A stretch of DNA of 64,000 nucleotides from an uncultured Clostridia bacterium (GCA_934149275.1 CAKPEG010000006.1:8001-72000); one strand, 5' to 3'; counted from the first letter of the stretch, positions 51,731 through 61,145 are shown. Numbers and translations: made by a program. The notes: generated from the sequence alone by a model not told the origin.

Positions 51731-51960
51731 ATTCAAAACCTCAACTTTTTTCCAATATATTCTTATTTTTTCACAAAATTTTTTTATTATGCATAAAAAA
51801 AATCTTTTTGTCAAAAATAAATGTAGAACAAAAATGGACATTTAAGTTTGTGTAGTTTTCACTACATATATTAGATGTAATACTTTTTGTTCGTTCGCCA
51901 AATTAATTTTAAATTTGGATGAACTACTAGCCAAAGGCTTAATACTGTAGGAGGTTCAAA

Positions 51961-52338
51961 ATGGACAATAATAATTCAAATGTGCAAACTTCCTCTACAA
52001 TGGGTGTTGTTGGTCAGATTATAGGTAGATTAATTGCTGCAGCTGTAATACTTGGAGTAACTGCCTTTTTCACACCTGGTTTTACAATAAATAATTTTTG
52101 GTCTCTTGCCTTAGCAGCAATCGTATTAACAGTTATGGATTATTTAATAGTAAAATTTACAGGGTTACAAGCAATGGCATTTGGTAAAGGATTTGTAGGC
52201 TTTGTTTTGGCAGTAGTGATTTTATATGCAACGCAATTTTTTGTCGCTGGATATACAATTTCATGGATGTCAGCTATAATTGGTGCTCTTATTTATGGAG
52301 TTATTGATTATATTTTACCTGGCGAGCAAGGAATGTAA
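51961..52338 (+). CDS. four-TM membrane protein, holin-family-4/YvlD-like or DUF2512-like
   Basis: 125 aa with four hydrophobic helices. TPGFTINNFWSLALAAIVLTV resembles the superfamily IV holin motif. RBS AGGAGG. Confidence 0.4.
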   Translation: MDNNNSNVQTSSTMGVVGQIIGRLIAAAVILGVTAFFTPGFTINNFWSLALAAIVLTVMDYLIVKFTGLQAMAFGKGFVGFVLAVVILYATQFFVAGYTISWMSAIIGALIYGVIDYILPGEQGM

Positions 52339-52386
52339 CGCAAAACATTGCCATAGTTTGAGCAAATAATTTTTGTTTGTTCAAAA

Positions 52387-52446
52387 AAAGAAAGTATTAC
52401 TAAAATAAACTTTTTTAAGTGTATTTCAGCAATACTTTCTTTTTTA
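52387..52446 (+). terminator. probable terminator hairpin
   Basis: Stem aaagaaagtatt/aatactttcttt with a long loop, followed by TTTTT. Confidence 0.5.
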
Positions 52447-52462
52447 TTAAGTTACATAAGAA

Positions 52463-52642
52463 AAGTACATATGAAAATTTTCTCACATCTTGCTGGCGCA
52501 TTCTTCGAATCTTGAAAATAAGGTTCTCTTTGAAGAGAAATCCTTAAGACAACCTTATTTTCAAATCGGGTAGAATGCTTCAATCGAACTCGCTTCGCTC
52601 GTCTGGTCCCTGCGCGATGATTCAAAAATTTTATATGTACTT
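52463..52642. repeat. Family B palindromic element, copy B3 (outer type, inverted relative to B2)
   Basis: TIR aagtacatatgaaaatttt/aaaattttatatgtactt. The interior reverse complement, atcatcgcgcagggaccagacgagcgaagcgagttcgattgaagcatt, matches B2 at about 40133..40180. Central hairpin gaaaataaggtt/aaccttattttc. Confidence 0.8.
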
Positions 52643-52701
52643 TCCCTTTATTTATACTTTTCTAATAATATTATTCATATTACTAAAATTTTTCACAAAC
52701 A

Positions 52702-54162
52702 TTAATCTGCAATGTATTCAAACATTTTGACAAAAATCTTATTAACATCAGTAATTGGTTCTGTAAAAGTAATATCAACCATTTCATAAGGGTGAATACC
52801 ATAATCACTACTTATATGTGTTCCCATACCTAAGTAACTCTCAGTCTTATCATAAAAGTCATAACCTGCACTAAAATAAGCATCAGGTTGATTTGAATTT
52901 TCGCCATAATACAATGCACAAATCACACTACCAGAATAACCATTCTCTTCAGGTTGATAATAAACTATACTAGTATTAATCTTAGTCTTTCCATTCAAAT
53001 AACTTTCAAGTAATCTATTATATTCATCTTTATCTTGAACAGAAAGAGATTCAGCATCGTATGATTTCACTCCATTTTCAATACCAGTAACTGTTGCAGT
53101 TCCTGTAACAAAATCACCAACTTGAACTTCATCAGCTGTTTTATTAATAAGTTTTCTTGATGATAGCATTACCTTTCCAAGCTCTTTTGAATATTGATTC
53201 GCTTCATACGCAATTGTAATTTCATCTGCATCTTTACTCTTTACAACGCCAGAAATACTCTCAGTTGTACCAGTTAAATTATCTACATATTTTACATCAT
53301 CATAATTATAATAAATACAATCTGTGTTAACAATTTTACTAACTAAAATCAAATTTGCATTATAACCAGAAGGAGCTGTAGAAGCTACTGCATAATCATT
53401 TCCAGCAAAATTAATTTTAACATTTCCAACATTAACTTTATAATCCTTAACATCATATTGAGATAATATTAAAACACCCTTTCTATTCGCAAACTTTCCT
53501 TCAATAGCATCAGCATTATCAAATTTCAATCTATACTGATTTGAAATTTTGTTAAAGTCATCATATGAATCAAAAACTTTTACATATACTTTTTCATCTT
53601 TTACATTTTTAAAATCGTATGTAGAAGGTAATGCTTGATATTGGTTCATTGAATCAAGCTTCTCACTACTCATATCATAACCAGTTTTATCTTTTACAGC
53701 CTCAGTATATGCCTCAACAATTTTATCAATATTACTCAACTTAGATGATATAACAACACCATCAGCATCTTTCATTTGAATTGCACCCATATCAGATGTT
53801 AATGTAAAAATAAAATTTTTACTAATTGTATTATAATCAAACTCAATAAACTTAGCAGTTGACTTTAAAGAATCTATATCATTCTCAGAAATTTTTTCTT
53901 CATTCTTTTTATTAATATTATTTCTACATAAATCAACAAGCTCTGAATATTTTTCATAATCAGGTGTTATCTCATAATATTTTGAATCATATTTAAAAAT
54001 AATTCTATCAGGTGTTTTTATTAATTCTTCATCACCAGTTGAAGTTCCAACTTTATTTTCTAGTTGTTTATTTTGAAATTTATTATTAAACCAAAAACCT
54101 AAACAAAAGCAAGCAAAACAAATAATAATAACACATACAATACCAAATATTTTCTTTTTCAT
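52702..54162 (-). CDS. N-terminally anchored hypothetical protein
   Basis: 486-aa ORF with a TM helix at the N-terminus and no recognisable domain. It lies 14 nt downstream of the glmU-like gene. Confidence 0.5.
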   Translation of the reverse strand: MKKKIFGIVCVIIICFACFCLGFWFNNKFQNKQLENKVGTSTGDEELIKTPDRIIFKYDSKYYEITPDYEKYSELVDLCRNNINKKNEEKISENDIDSLKSTAKFIEFDYNTISKNFIFTLTSDMGAIQMKDADGVVISSKLSNIDKIVEAYTEAVKDKTGYDMSSEKLDSMNQYQALPSTYDFKNVKDEKVYVKVFDSYDDFNKISNQYRLKFDNADAIEGKFANRKGVLILSQYDVKDYKVNVGNVKINFAGNDYAVASTAPSGYNANLILVSKIVNTDCIYYNYDDVKYVDNLTGTTESISGVVKSKDADEITIAYEANQYSKELGKVMLSSRKLINKTADEVQVGDFVTGTATVTGIENGVKSYDAESLSVQDKDEYNRLLESYLNGKTKINTSIVYYQPEENGYSGSVICALYYGENSNQPDAYFSAGYDFYDKTESYLGMGTHISSDYGIHPYEMVDITFTEPITDVNKIFVKMFEYIAD

Positions 54163-54176
54163 ATTAATATATTCCT

Positions 54177-55439
54177 TTATTTATTTTTATTCCAGCCCTC
54201 TTTTACAACTTGTCTTTCTCTTGCAATTGCTAAACTATCAGCTGGTACATCCTCTGTAATTGTTGAACCTGCTGCAACTAAAACATTATCACCTAATTTA
54301 ACGGGAGCAACTAAGTTTGTATTAGATCCAACAAAACATTTATCTCCAATTATTGTTTTATGTTTATTTACACCATCATAATTACATGTGATTGAACCAC
54401 ATCCAATATTTACACCAGTACCAATCTCACAGTCACCCATATATGATAAATGAGGTACCTTGCTACCATATGCAACTTTTGTTTTCTTAATCTCAACACA
54501 GTTACCAATTTTAACTTTATCAGCAAGAACGCATTTCTCTCTAATATAAGCATTAGGGCCAATCTCACAATCTTCACCAATTACGCAATCAGATTTTATT
54601 GTAGTATTTGGATGAATTACAGTATCTCTACCAATCTTAACATCTTCATAAATATATGTAGTATCCGAATCTTCAATTGTAACACCATTTAACATATGCA
54701 TTGTGTTAATTCTCATTCTTAAAACTCTACCTAAAAGCTCTAATTGAACTCTATCATGAACCCCAAGAATTTCAGTATTATCCTCAACTATCATAGCACC
54801 AATTTTTAAATCTTTTGACTTCATAATTTTTATAACATCAGTTAAGAATATTTGACCATTTTCATGAGCTTTTAATTCTTTAACAGCATCAAGCAAAGAC
54901 TCAATATCAAAACAATAAATTCCTGAATTTATCTCTTTAATTTTTTTAGTCTCAGCATCAGCCATAGACTCTTCAACAATCTCTAAAACTTCTCCAACTT
55001 CATTTCTAACAATTCTTCCATAACCAGTTGGATTATCAGAAATAGCAGTAAGTAAAGTTACAGCCTCTCTTTCATTTCTATTTCTATCTATTAATTTTTC
55101 AACAGTCTCTTTTCTAATAATAGGAACATCACCATATAAAACAATAACTTGACCAGACTTAGACTCAAGCTCTGGAACAACTTGCATCATTGCATGACCA
55201 GTTCCCAAAAGTTCTTCTTGAACAACATATTTTGTTCTATCTTTTAATACATCAATTATTTGTTCTTTTTGTTCACCAACAACTGTAATAATCTCATCAC
55301 AATCATTCTTCTCAGCTACTTCTACAACTCTAGAAACTAGCTCTTTTCCATATAATTTATGTACCAACTTTGACTTTTTAGAATTCATAGCCTCGCTTTT
55401 ACCAGCAGCCATAACTATTGCAATTTTATCTTTTTTCAT
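54177..55439 (-). CDS. glmU: GlmU-like bifunctional nucleotidyltransferase/left-handed beta-helix acetyltransferase with degenerate N-terminal signature
   Basis: Motifs QEELLGTGHAM and LYGDVPI with C-terminal hexapeptide repeats (NYDGVNKHKTIIGDKCFVGSNTNLVAPV). The canonical AAGxGTRM reads AAGKSEAM here. Confidence 0.7.
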   Translation of the reverse strand: MKKDKIAIVMAAGKSEAMNSKKSKLVHKLYGKELVSRVVEVAEKNDCDEIITVVGEQKEQIIDVLKDRTKYVVQEELLGTGHAMMQVVPELESKSGQVIVLYGDVPIIRKETVEKLIDRNRNEREAVTLLTAISDNPTGYGRIVRNEVGEVLEIVEESMADAETKKIKEINSGIYCFDIESLLDAVKELKAHENGQIFLTDVIKIMKSKDLKIGAMIVEDNTEILGVHDRVQLELLGRVLRMRINTMHMLNGVTIEDSDTTYIYEDVKIGRDTVIHPNTTIKSDCVIGEDCEIGPNAYIREKCVLADKVKIGNCVEIKKTKVAYGSKVPHLSYMGDCEIGTGVNIGCGSITCNYDGVNKHKTIIGDKCFVGSNTNLVAPVKLGDNVLVAAGSTITEDVPADSLAIARERQVVKEGWNKNK

Positions 55440-55611
55440 AACTTATCATCCTCCTTAAAAAGATAAATGTATTCTATCACAATGCATATCTTTTTTCAAT
55501 TATTTTACTTTCTTCTTCAAATCTAAATTTTTTATAATTATTATATCTCAAATAAGTTTCATATTAGAGCCAAAGGGGACATTAATAAAATTTACACTTG
55601 TTTTACTTTTT

Positions 55612-55712
55612 TAAGTCCGCGTATTTGTTCGCGAGCGAAATTTGCAAAGCAAATTTTTGTACATTGTTAATTTTATATAATATGAAATTCAAAAAACTTT
55701 CATATTATATAA
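55612..55712. repeat. Family A intergenic repeat, 5'-truncated copy A3
   Basis: Module gtccgcgtatttgttc, then aaatttgc/gcaaattt, then a perfect 15-bp stem ttatataatatgaaa/tttcatattatataa. Confidence 0.8.
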
Positions 55713-55768
55713 AAAAGCCATGCACGAATCTGCATAACGCAACCCATGCATAGCCCCATATTCATTTA

Positions 55769-56002
55769 TTAATTTCTACAACTACACCATATATAGATTA
55801 ACGCAATGAGCGCTAAGATTACTAGAGTAGTTGCTATTGCATAAAAGTAAACAGCACCAATAGTTGCAACAATTGTTGTTTGAGCTCCTATAATTATTCC
55901 AATAACAAAGGCAAATAAACCAATTATCGTGTATAAAACTCTATATAAACAACAACATTTTTTGTCTCTTCTATTACAACAAATTGTAACTTGTGGTTCC
56001 AT
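55769..56002 (-). CDS. small Cys-rich two-TM membrane protein
   Basis: 77 aa with RBS AGGAGGTG. N-terminal ICCNRRDKKCCC and C-terminal CSC flank two hydrophobic helices. Confidence 0.6.
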   Translation of the reverse strand: MEPQVTICCNRRDKKCCCLYRVLYTIIGLFAFVIGIIIGAQTTIVATIGAVYFYAIATTLVILALIALIYIWCSCRN

Positions 56003-56046
56003 ATCTGCACCTCCTAGAATTATCAGATTAATATATTATATGATTA

Positions 56047-56255
56047 TTCAGGTTTTATGTTACCCTTCTAGTTCTGTAACTATAAATCATTATATTTTAT
56101 ATTACCTTTTAACTCTGCAGATTTAGAATATTCACATTCATATTTTCTTTAATTCTATAATTCTAAATTATTCAGATTTCATATCGCTCTTTAATTCTAT
56201 GATTCTATATCATTCCGACTTCATATTCCCCTTCAATTCCGTAGCTCTAGTAAGA
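56047..56255. repeat. degenerate tandem repeat, about 5 copies of a 40-43-bp unit
   Basis: Units begin near 56047, 56090, 56131, 56171 and 56213. Consensus is about ttcaNatttcatatNNctctttaattctatNattctaNat. The last unit lies inside the 3' end of dinB. Confidence 0.6.
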
Positions 56256-57451
56256 ATATTATAACCGAACTTATCCTTCAACTTATCCATAGTATCATCC
56301 AATTTTTTATTCTTAGAATCTTCCTTCATATCAAAAATTGAAAGTTGCATCTCCTCTTTTTCAACCAAACCATCAGCCCTAACACCAATCAATCTAATCG
56401 GCTCACCAACAAATAACTCCTTCAAAAGCTCTTTCGCAACACTCAAAATCTCACTCGTCGAATCAGTTCTTCCCATTAACTTCTTTTGGTGAGAATAATT
56501 TTTAAAATTATTATTTTTAAGCTGAACATTCACAACAGTCGCATACATATTTTCTTTTCTTAATCTATAAGAAACCTTCTCAACCAATTCAACCAACGTA
56601 ACCTCAAGCTCATCTAAAGAAGCAACATCATATGGCAAAGTTATACTATTTCCAATACCTTTAGGCTTTTCAGGTAAATAATTTACCTCTTCGCCACTCT
56701 CACCGTTTGCATATTTCCAAATAGTATATCCATACTTTCCAAACTCTTTTATTAAAACAGCTTTATCAGTATTAGCCAAATCTCCAACATTCCTTATCCC
56801 CATTCTATTCAACTTAGGAATTGATTTCTTACCAACTAAAAACATCTCAGAAACAGGCAATCTCCACAATTTATCCTTAATCTCAGACTTAAATAACGTA
56901 TGAATCTTATCAGGCTTCTCAAAATCAGAAGCAATCTTCGCCAAAATCTTATCATCAGAAACACCAACATTGACAGTAAATCCAAACTCTTTTTTAACAC
57001 GCTCTTTAATCTCAATACCAAGCTTAATCAAATCCACACCAGGTTTCAAATACTCAGTCAAATCTAAAAAACACTCATCAATTGAAAACCTTTCCACCTT
57101 CTCAGTATACTCTAAAAAAAGCTTATATAGTTTATTTGAACAACTCCTATAAAGATTAAAATCACCAGGCACAACAATTATACTTGGGCACTTTCTCCTA
57201 GCCATATACAAAGGCTCAGCCGTTTGAATCCCAAATTTTTTAGCAATATTACTCTTAGCAACAACAATCCCATGACGCTTAGCTTCATCCCCACCAATAA
57301 CCGCTGGAATCGTTCTCAAATCTACCTTATCACCCTTTCTCAATCTATCAACTGCAGACCAAGACAAAAAAGCATTATTAACATCAATATGTAAAAACTT
57401 TCTCTCCATAAAAATCCAATTCTTTCCAGCACTAAATTTAACCGCACTCAT
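56210..57451 (-). CDS. dinB: Y-family DNA polymerase IV
   Basis: Motifs HIDVNNAFLS and FSIDECFLDLT, with a little-finger region. An alternative start (MERKFLHID) lies at 57409. Confidence 0.88.
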   Translation of the reverse strand: MSAVKFSAGKNWIFMERKFLHIDVNNAFLSWSAVDRLRKGDKVDLRTIPAVIGGDEAKRHGIVVAKSNIAKKFGIQTAEPLYMARRKCPSIIVVPGDFNLYRSCSNKLYKLFLEYTEKVERFSIDECFLDLTEYLKPGVDLIKLGIEIKERVKKEFGFTVNVGVSDDKILAKIASDFEKPDKIHTLFKSEIKDKLWRLPVSEMFLVGKKSIPKLNRMGIRNVGDLANTDKAVLIKEFGKYGYTIWKYANGESGEEVNYLPEKPKGIGNSITLPYDVASLDELEVTLVELVEKVSYRLRKENMYATVVNVQLKNNNFKNYSHQKKLMGRTDSTSEILSVAKELLKELFVGEPIRLIGVRADGLVEKEEMQLSIFDMKEDSKNKKLDDTMDKLKDKFGYNILTRATELKGNMKSE

Positions 57452-57466
57452 ATTTTACCTGCAACC

Positions 57467-57495
57467 ATTATAAAACATATGTTCTTGTTAGTCAA
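57467..57495 (-). promoter_or_regulatory. dinB promoter TTGACT-17-TATAAT with LexA (Cheo-type) box in the spacer
   Basis: The minus strand reads TTGACTaacaaGAACATATGTTTTATAAT. The box GAACATATGTTT (57473..57484) has 1 mismatch to GAAC-N4-GTTC. Confidence 0.75.
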
Positions 57496-57657
57496 GCAAT
57501 TTTTCTTGATTTATTCATAAAAATGTGATACAATACAAAAGCTTTTAATCTAATATGCATATCAAAAAAGAAAATGAATATAGATATTAACAACAACTTA
57601 AACAAAAAAATCTCAAATTCAGATTTTCTAAAAAAATTAGGAGGTACACTAGAAAAC

Positions 57658-57882
57658 ATGAAGTATTTTTCAGTAGACAGAAAAGAAGGGCAATATACAA
57701 TTTTGCAAAATACCGTAACAAAAAAAATGTATGAAATAAAAACATCTAAACTACCTCCATTTCTAAACGATGGAGACATATTGAAAAAAATCGGATTTAA
57801 TTATGAATTTGACTTTCAAAAAACAAGAGAACTTCAAGAAACAATGAGACAAAAAATGAACGAAAATTGTATAAAACCTTAA
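57658..57882 (+). CDS. DUF3006-like small protein
   Basis: MKYFSVDRKEGQYTILQ...LPPFLNDGDIL fits my memory of the DUF3006 pattern. RBS AGGAGGT. The track starts earlier, at 57574. Confidence 0.5.
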   Translation: MKYFSVDRKEGQYTILQNTVTKKMYEIKTSKLPPFLNDGDILKKIGFNYEFDFQKTRELQETMRQKMNENCIKP

Positions 57883-57945
57883 AACAAAAAAGAACCCTCT
57901 TCATTAAACTAAACAGTTTAACCAAGAGGGTTCAATTACATCATT

Positions 57946-60198
57946 TTAATAATTTCCATATACATAAATTTCATGATTTTTTACTTTGTACAAATACCAT
58001 AAAATCACATCAACTCTATCCTCTATTAAATTTTTATCAATAATATATATAACTTCATCAAGCTTTAATATTGGAATATCAACATTAACCTTTAAACCAG
58101 TAATTGCAGCCTTTTTATAATCTTCATTTAAAAATTTCAAAATCCTATTTCGATCTGAACTATTCAAATTACGATAAGCTAAACATAACAGTTTCATAAA
58201 ATCTTCATTTGCTAAAATTAAATCTTTTGCACTCTTTAGAAATTCTAAATCAATACATTTTTTCTCCTTTTTAGCATAATACAATACATACAATATATAT
58301 GTTAAAACACCTTTTTTGTCTTTATTAGCAAAAACTTTATAATACTCATCCACTTTTCTATCTAATATTGCCTCTATCCCTTCATTTCGTATATAATCCG
58401 GAACATTAGTAAACACAGGCATTCTTCTTGTTCGTATATGAGGTATATCTCCATAAGAATCTGCCGAACTATAATATTGCTCCATTCCTGATATTCTTCC
58501 AGGGAAATCTTTTAAGAATTCCCAGCTCAAATCAGTTTCTTGATATTTTGCATCAGCAACCAATTTATCTTTTCTAACATACACTGTTATAAATGAAGTA
58601 TATCTAGAATTAATATTATACTCTTCTGATAATTCAATTATCCTATTTTTATATTCATCTTTTTCCTCATCCTGTGCATTTTTTATACATTCATATAATC
58701 TATCAATTTCCTGTTTTGCAAATAAAATTTCTAAATCAACATCTGTTCGAGATATCTCATCTTTTCTAATTTTCCAAACATACTCTTTACCTAAAATTTT
58801 TCCTTTAAGTTGTATATCATCACTCAATTCTTCAATTTTTGCAAACACATTATAAAACTCATAATTAAATAAAGTATTCTCCTCTTTTATCTCATCTAAC
58901 ACTTTATTTTTTCCATAATCAATTTCAAAATCTTCTAATAAAGGCGTCTGAATTCTTGCAAAAGTTCTTATAACCTTATCATCAATTTTCTCTTTAGGCT
59001 GTATAAATTCTGCCTTCCCATTCCCCATCTTAGCTAATTTTTTTATAAAAGATGAATTAACATTTGAATCTATGCCAAATACAAACAACCTACCATTATT
59101 TATATTAGAACCTACATAATTTACAATTTCATCCTCATTCGCAACCTGTCCATCTGTAAATAAAAGTATTGTTTTATCAACATTTTTTTCATATAAAGCA
59201 AACTTCAAAGGATTTAAAATTTCCGTTCCATCCTTTGCATTCAAACCATTAATATATGTTCTAGCATTCTTAAAATTTTCTTCATTAAATTCAATTGAAT
59301 TAATACTCATAGCCTCAAACTCTGTTGCAAAAGGAATTATATTAAACTTATCTCCAACATCCAACTGCTTCAAACACTCAATTACAGCATTTTTCATCTC
59401 ATCTAATTTTCTCCCTCTCATAGATCCAGATACATCAACTATAAACTCATATTCTTTCTCACTATCCTCATAAGCATCCATAATCTCTGGCATAAAAGAT
59501 AAATATATCATTTCCTTACCATCTCTAGTTTTAGAAACTACTGCTCTAGAAGTCAATTCATTTTTTAACTCAATATTTAATTTAAAATCCTTAGACACAT
59601 CATGATTTAAAACTTCAACCCATTCGCAATCTTCCTTATCAATAATATTTATATCATGACTTGGTGAATAGATTTTCTTTATATTCAAAGCCTTGCTTAC
59701 ATCAATATCAAAATCAATAGTATAACTAACCTTGTTATATTTTATATCACTAACAAGATTTGAATTATATTTAGGAGTAACCAATGTAGGCATAAAAATT
59801 TGTATCGTATTATCAACAATCTCAAACTTATCAATATAACAAATTTTTACCCTAACCTCTTCATCAACATCAATCTTTCCAACTGAAATCTTAAAAACAT
59901 TATCAGTCTTTTGCTCCATCATATAAGCACTATCGCCATCAGCCAAAGCATTTTGGTATTCTCTTTTAGCAGTCTCATTCTCTTTACATACGCCCTTTAA
60001 AATTTTATCACCAACATCAATTTCAAAACAAACAACAGTAGCAGAATCAGCTATTGGAAAAGTATAACCAACTTCCAAAACTTCATTCAATTCATTCTTA
60101 TACACCTGCTCTATCTCAAACGTTCCAAACTTTCCAATAACATTTCCTGCTACTTTAATTTTCTTTAAAGTTAACTCTTTCAAATCAACTAACCTCAT
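57946..60198 (-). CDS. cytoplasmic VIT-domain and von Willebrand factor A-domain protein with uncharacterised C-terminal region
   Basis: N-terminal VIT-like region (GTFEIEQVYKN...YTFPI...VVCFEIDVGDKILKG...AKREYQNA). vWA domain with MIDAS DVSGSM and the segment IPFATEF. No signal peptide or TM. About 280 C-terminal residues are unassigned. Confidence 0.7.
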   Translation of the reverse strand: MRLVDLKELTLKKIKVAGNVIGKFGTFEIEQVYKNELNEVLEVGYTFPIADSATVVCFEIDVGDKILKGVCKENETAKREYQNALADGDSAYMMEQKTDNVFKISVGKIDVDEEVRVKICYIDKFEIVDNTIQIFMPTLVTPKYNSNLVSDIKYNKVSYTIDFDIDVSKALNIKKIYSPSHDINIIDKEDCEWVEVLNHDVSKDFKLNIELKNELTSRAVVSKTRDGKEMIYLSFMPEIMDAYEDSEKEYEFIVDVSGSMRGRKLDEMKNAVIECLKQLDVGDKFNIIPFATEFEAMSINSIEFNEENFKNARTYINGLNAKDGTEILNPLKFALYEKNVDKTILLFTDGQVANEDEIVNYVGSNINNGRLFVFGIDSNVNSSFIKKLAKMGNGKAEFIQPKEKIDDKVIRTFARIQTPLLEDFEIDYGKNKVLDEIKEENTLFNYEFYNVFAKIEELSDDIQLKGKILGKEYVWKIRKDEISRTDVDLEILFAKQEIDRLYECIKNAQDEEKDEYKNRIIELSEEYNINSRYTSFITVYVRKDKLVADAKYQETDLSWEFLKDFPGRISGMEQYYSSADSYGDIPHIRTRRMPVFTNVPDYIRNEGIEAILDRKVDEYYKVFANKDKKGVLTYILYVLYYAKKEKKCIDLEFLKSAKDLILANEDFMKLLCLAYRNLNSSDRNRILKFLNEDYKKAAITGLKVNVDIPILKLDEVIYIIDKNLIEDRVDVILWYLYKVKNHEIYVYGNY

Positions 60199-60199
60199 A

Positions 60200-60604
60200 C
60201 TAATCCCCCATCATTTTTTCAACATATTTTTTTACATTTTCAATAATATATCCATACTTCTCTTCATTTTCTTTCGAATAATGAATTTCAAATATGTCAC
60301 ATATGTTTTCTCTAATGTATACCTCTCGCTCTTCCTTATTAATAACCTTAGCCTTCACCTCTTTAGCACTTTTACGAACCTTCTCTTTAGGATTTTCCAA
60401 AATATACTCACGTATTTTATTCAAAGGCATATACTCTGCTTGAAGCTTTTTAATTAGAAGTATTCTCTCAAGGTGTTCATCATTATATAAACTATTTATC
60501 CCCGTCCCCTCAGGCGGTAAAAGTAATCCTTTACTTATATAATAATGAATTGTCCTTTTTGTAACCCCAGCCTTTTCTGCGAGTTCCGATACCTTATACT
60601 TCAT
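60200..60604 (-). CDS. MerR family transcriptional regulator
   Basis: HTH segment YKVSELAEKAGVTKRTIHYYISKGLL. Start at ATG 60604 with RBS AGAGGTG. Its stop lies 1 nt from the ATG of the VIT-vWA gene. Confidence 0.85.
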   Translation of the reverse strand: MKYKVSELAEKAGVTKRTIHYYISKGLLLPPEGTGINSLYNDEHLERILLIKKLQAEYMPLNKIREYILENPKEKVRKSAKEVKAKVINKEEREVYIRENICDIFEIHYSKENEEKYGYIIENVKKYVEKMMGD

Positions 60605-60625
60605 TCTTCTCACCTCTTTGACATT

Positions 60626-60654
60626 ATTTTATCATCGTTACGTAACGATGTCAA
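60626..60654 (-). promoter_or_regulatory. MerR-type promoter/operator
   Basis: The minus strand reads TTGACAtcgttacgtaacgatgaTAAAAT. The perfect 16-bp palindrome ATCGTTACGTAACGAT (60634..60649) fills the 17-nt spacer. Confidence 0.7.
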
Positions 60655-60746
60655 GTGTTTTTTATTTCACTAATTTTTTCACAAAAAAAAATCAACTGCA
60701 GATTAAAACCAGCAATTGATCTTTATACTTCCAAACTATTAAAATA

Positions 60747-61145
60747 TCACTCTCTTTCGCCATCAATATCATATTCCCACAAACTCAAATGTCCCTTCGC
60801 CTCTATCGGCTCATCAAACACTTGAACATCCTCAACTTGCCAACCAAAATTTTCACTAAACGAACTTTTAGTATATATATCACTATTCTCTTTCAAAAGC
60901 ATCTCTTTAAATTCCGGACACATTTTTATGCAATCCACCAAAGTAACTTTACCTAAAATCTTACCTAAAGGAATTTCATCCGGCAAATACTTAACCAACC
61001 TCTTCATAGCCTCCTTATCAATTCCCTTTCCAGCATGAATTAATAAATCTCCCCTATACTTCGTTTGCCAACTTCTAAACTCAAATCTCTTATCGCCTTG
61101 CATTATTAATGTAGCCCATGGCTGTTTAATCGTCAAAACTTTCAT
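60747..61145 (-). CDS. ASCH domain protein
   Basis: The N-terminus MKVLTIKQPWATLIMQGDKRFEFRSW is typical of the ASCH/PUA-like fold. Confidence 0.7.
   Translation of the reverse strand: MKVLTIKQPWATLIMQGDKRFEFRSWQTKYRGDLLIHAGKGIDKEAMKRLVKYLPDEIPLGKILGKVTLVDCIKMCPEFKEMLLKENSDIYTKSSFSENFGWQVEDVQVFDEPIEAKGHLSLWEYDIDGERE

Noticed and set aside
51961-52338. Prophage lysis cassette, suggested by the holin-like membrane protein
   Set aside because: No endolysin, structural or integrase genes are adjacent. Such four-TM proteins (YvlD/DUF2512-like) are common chromosomal genes.
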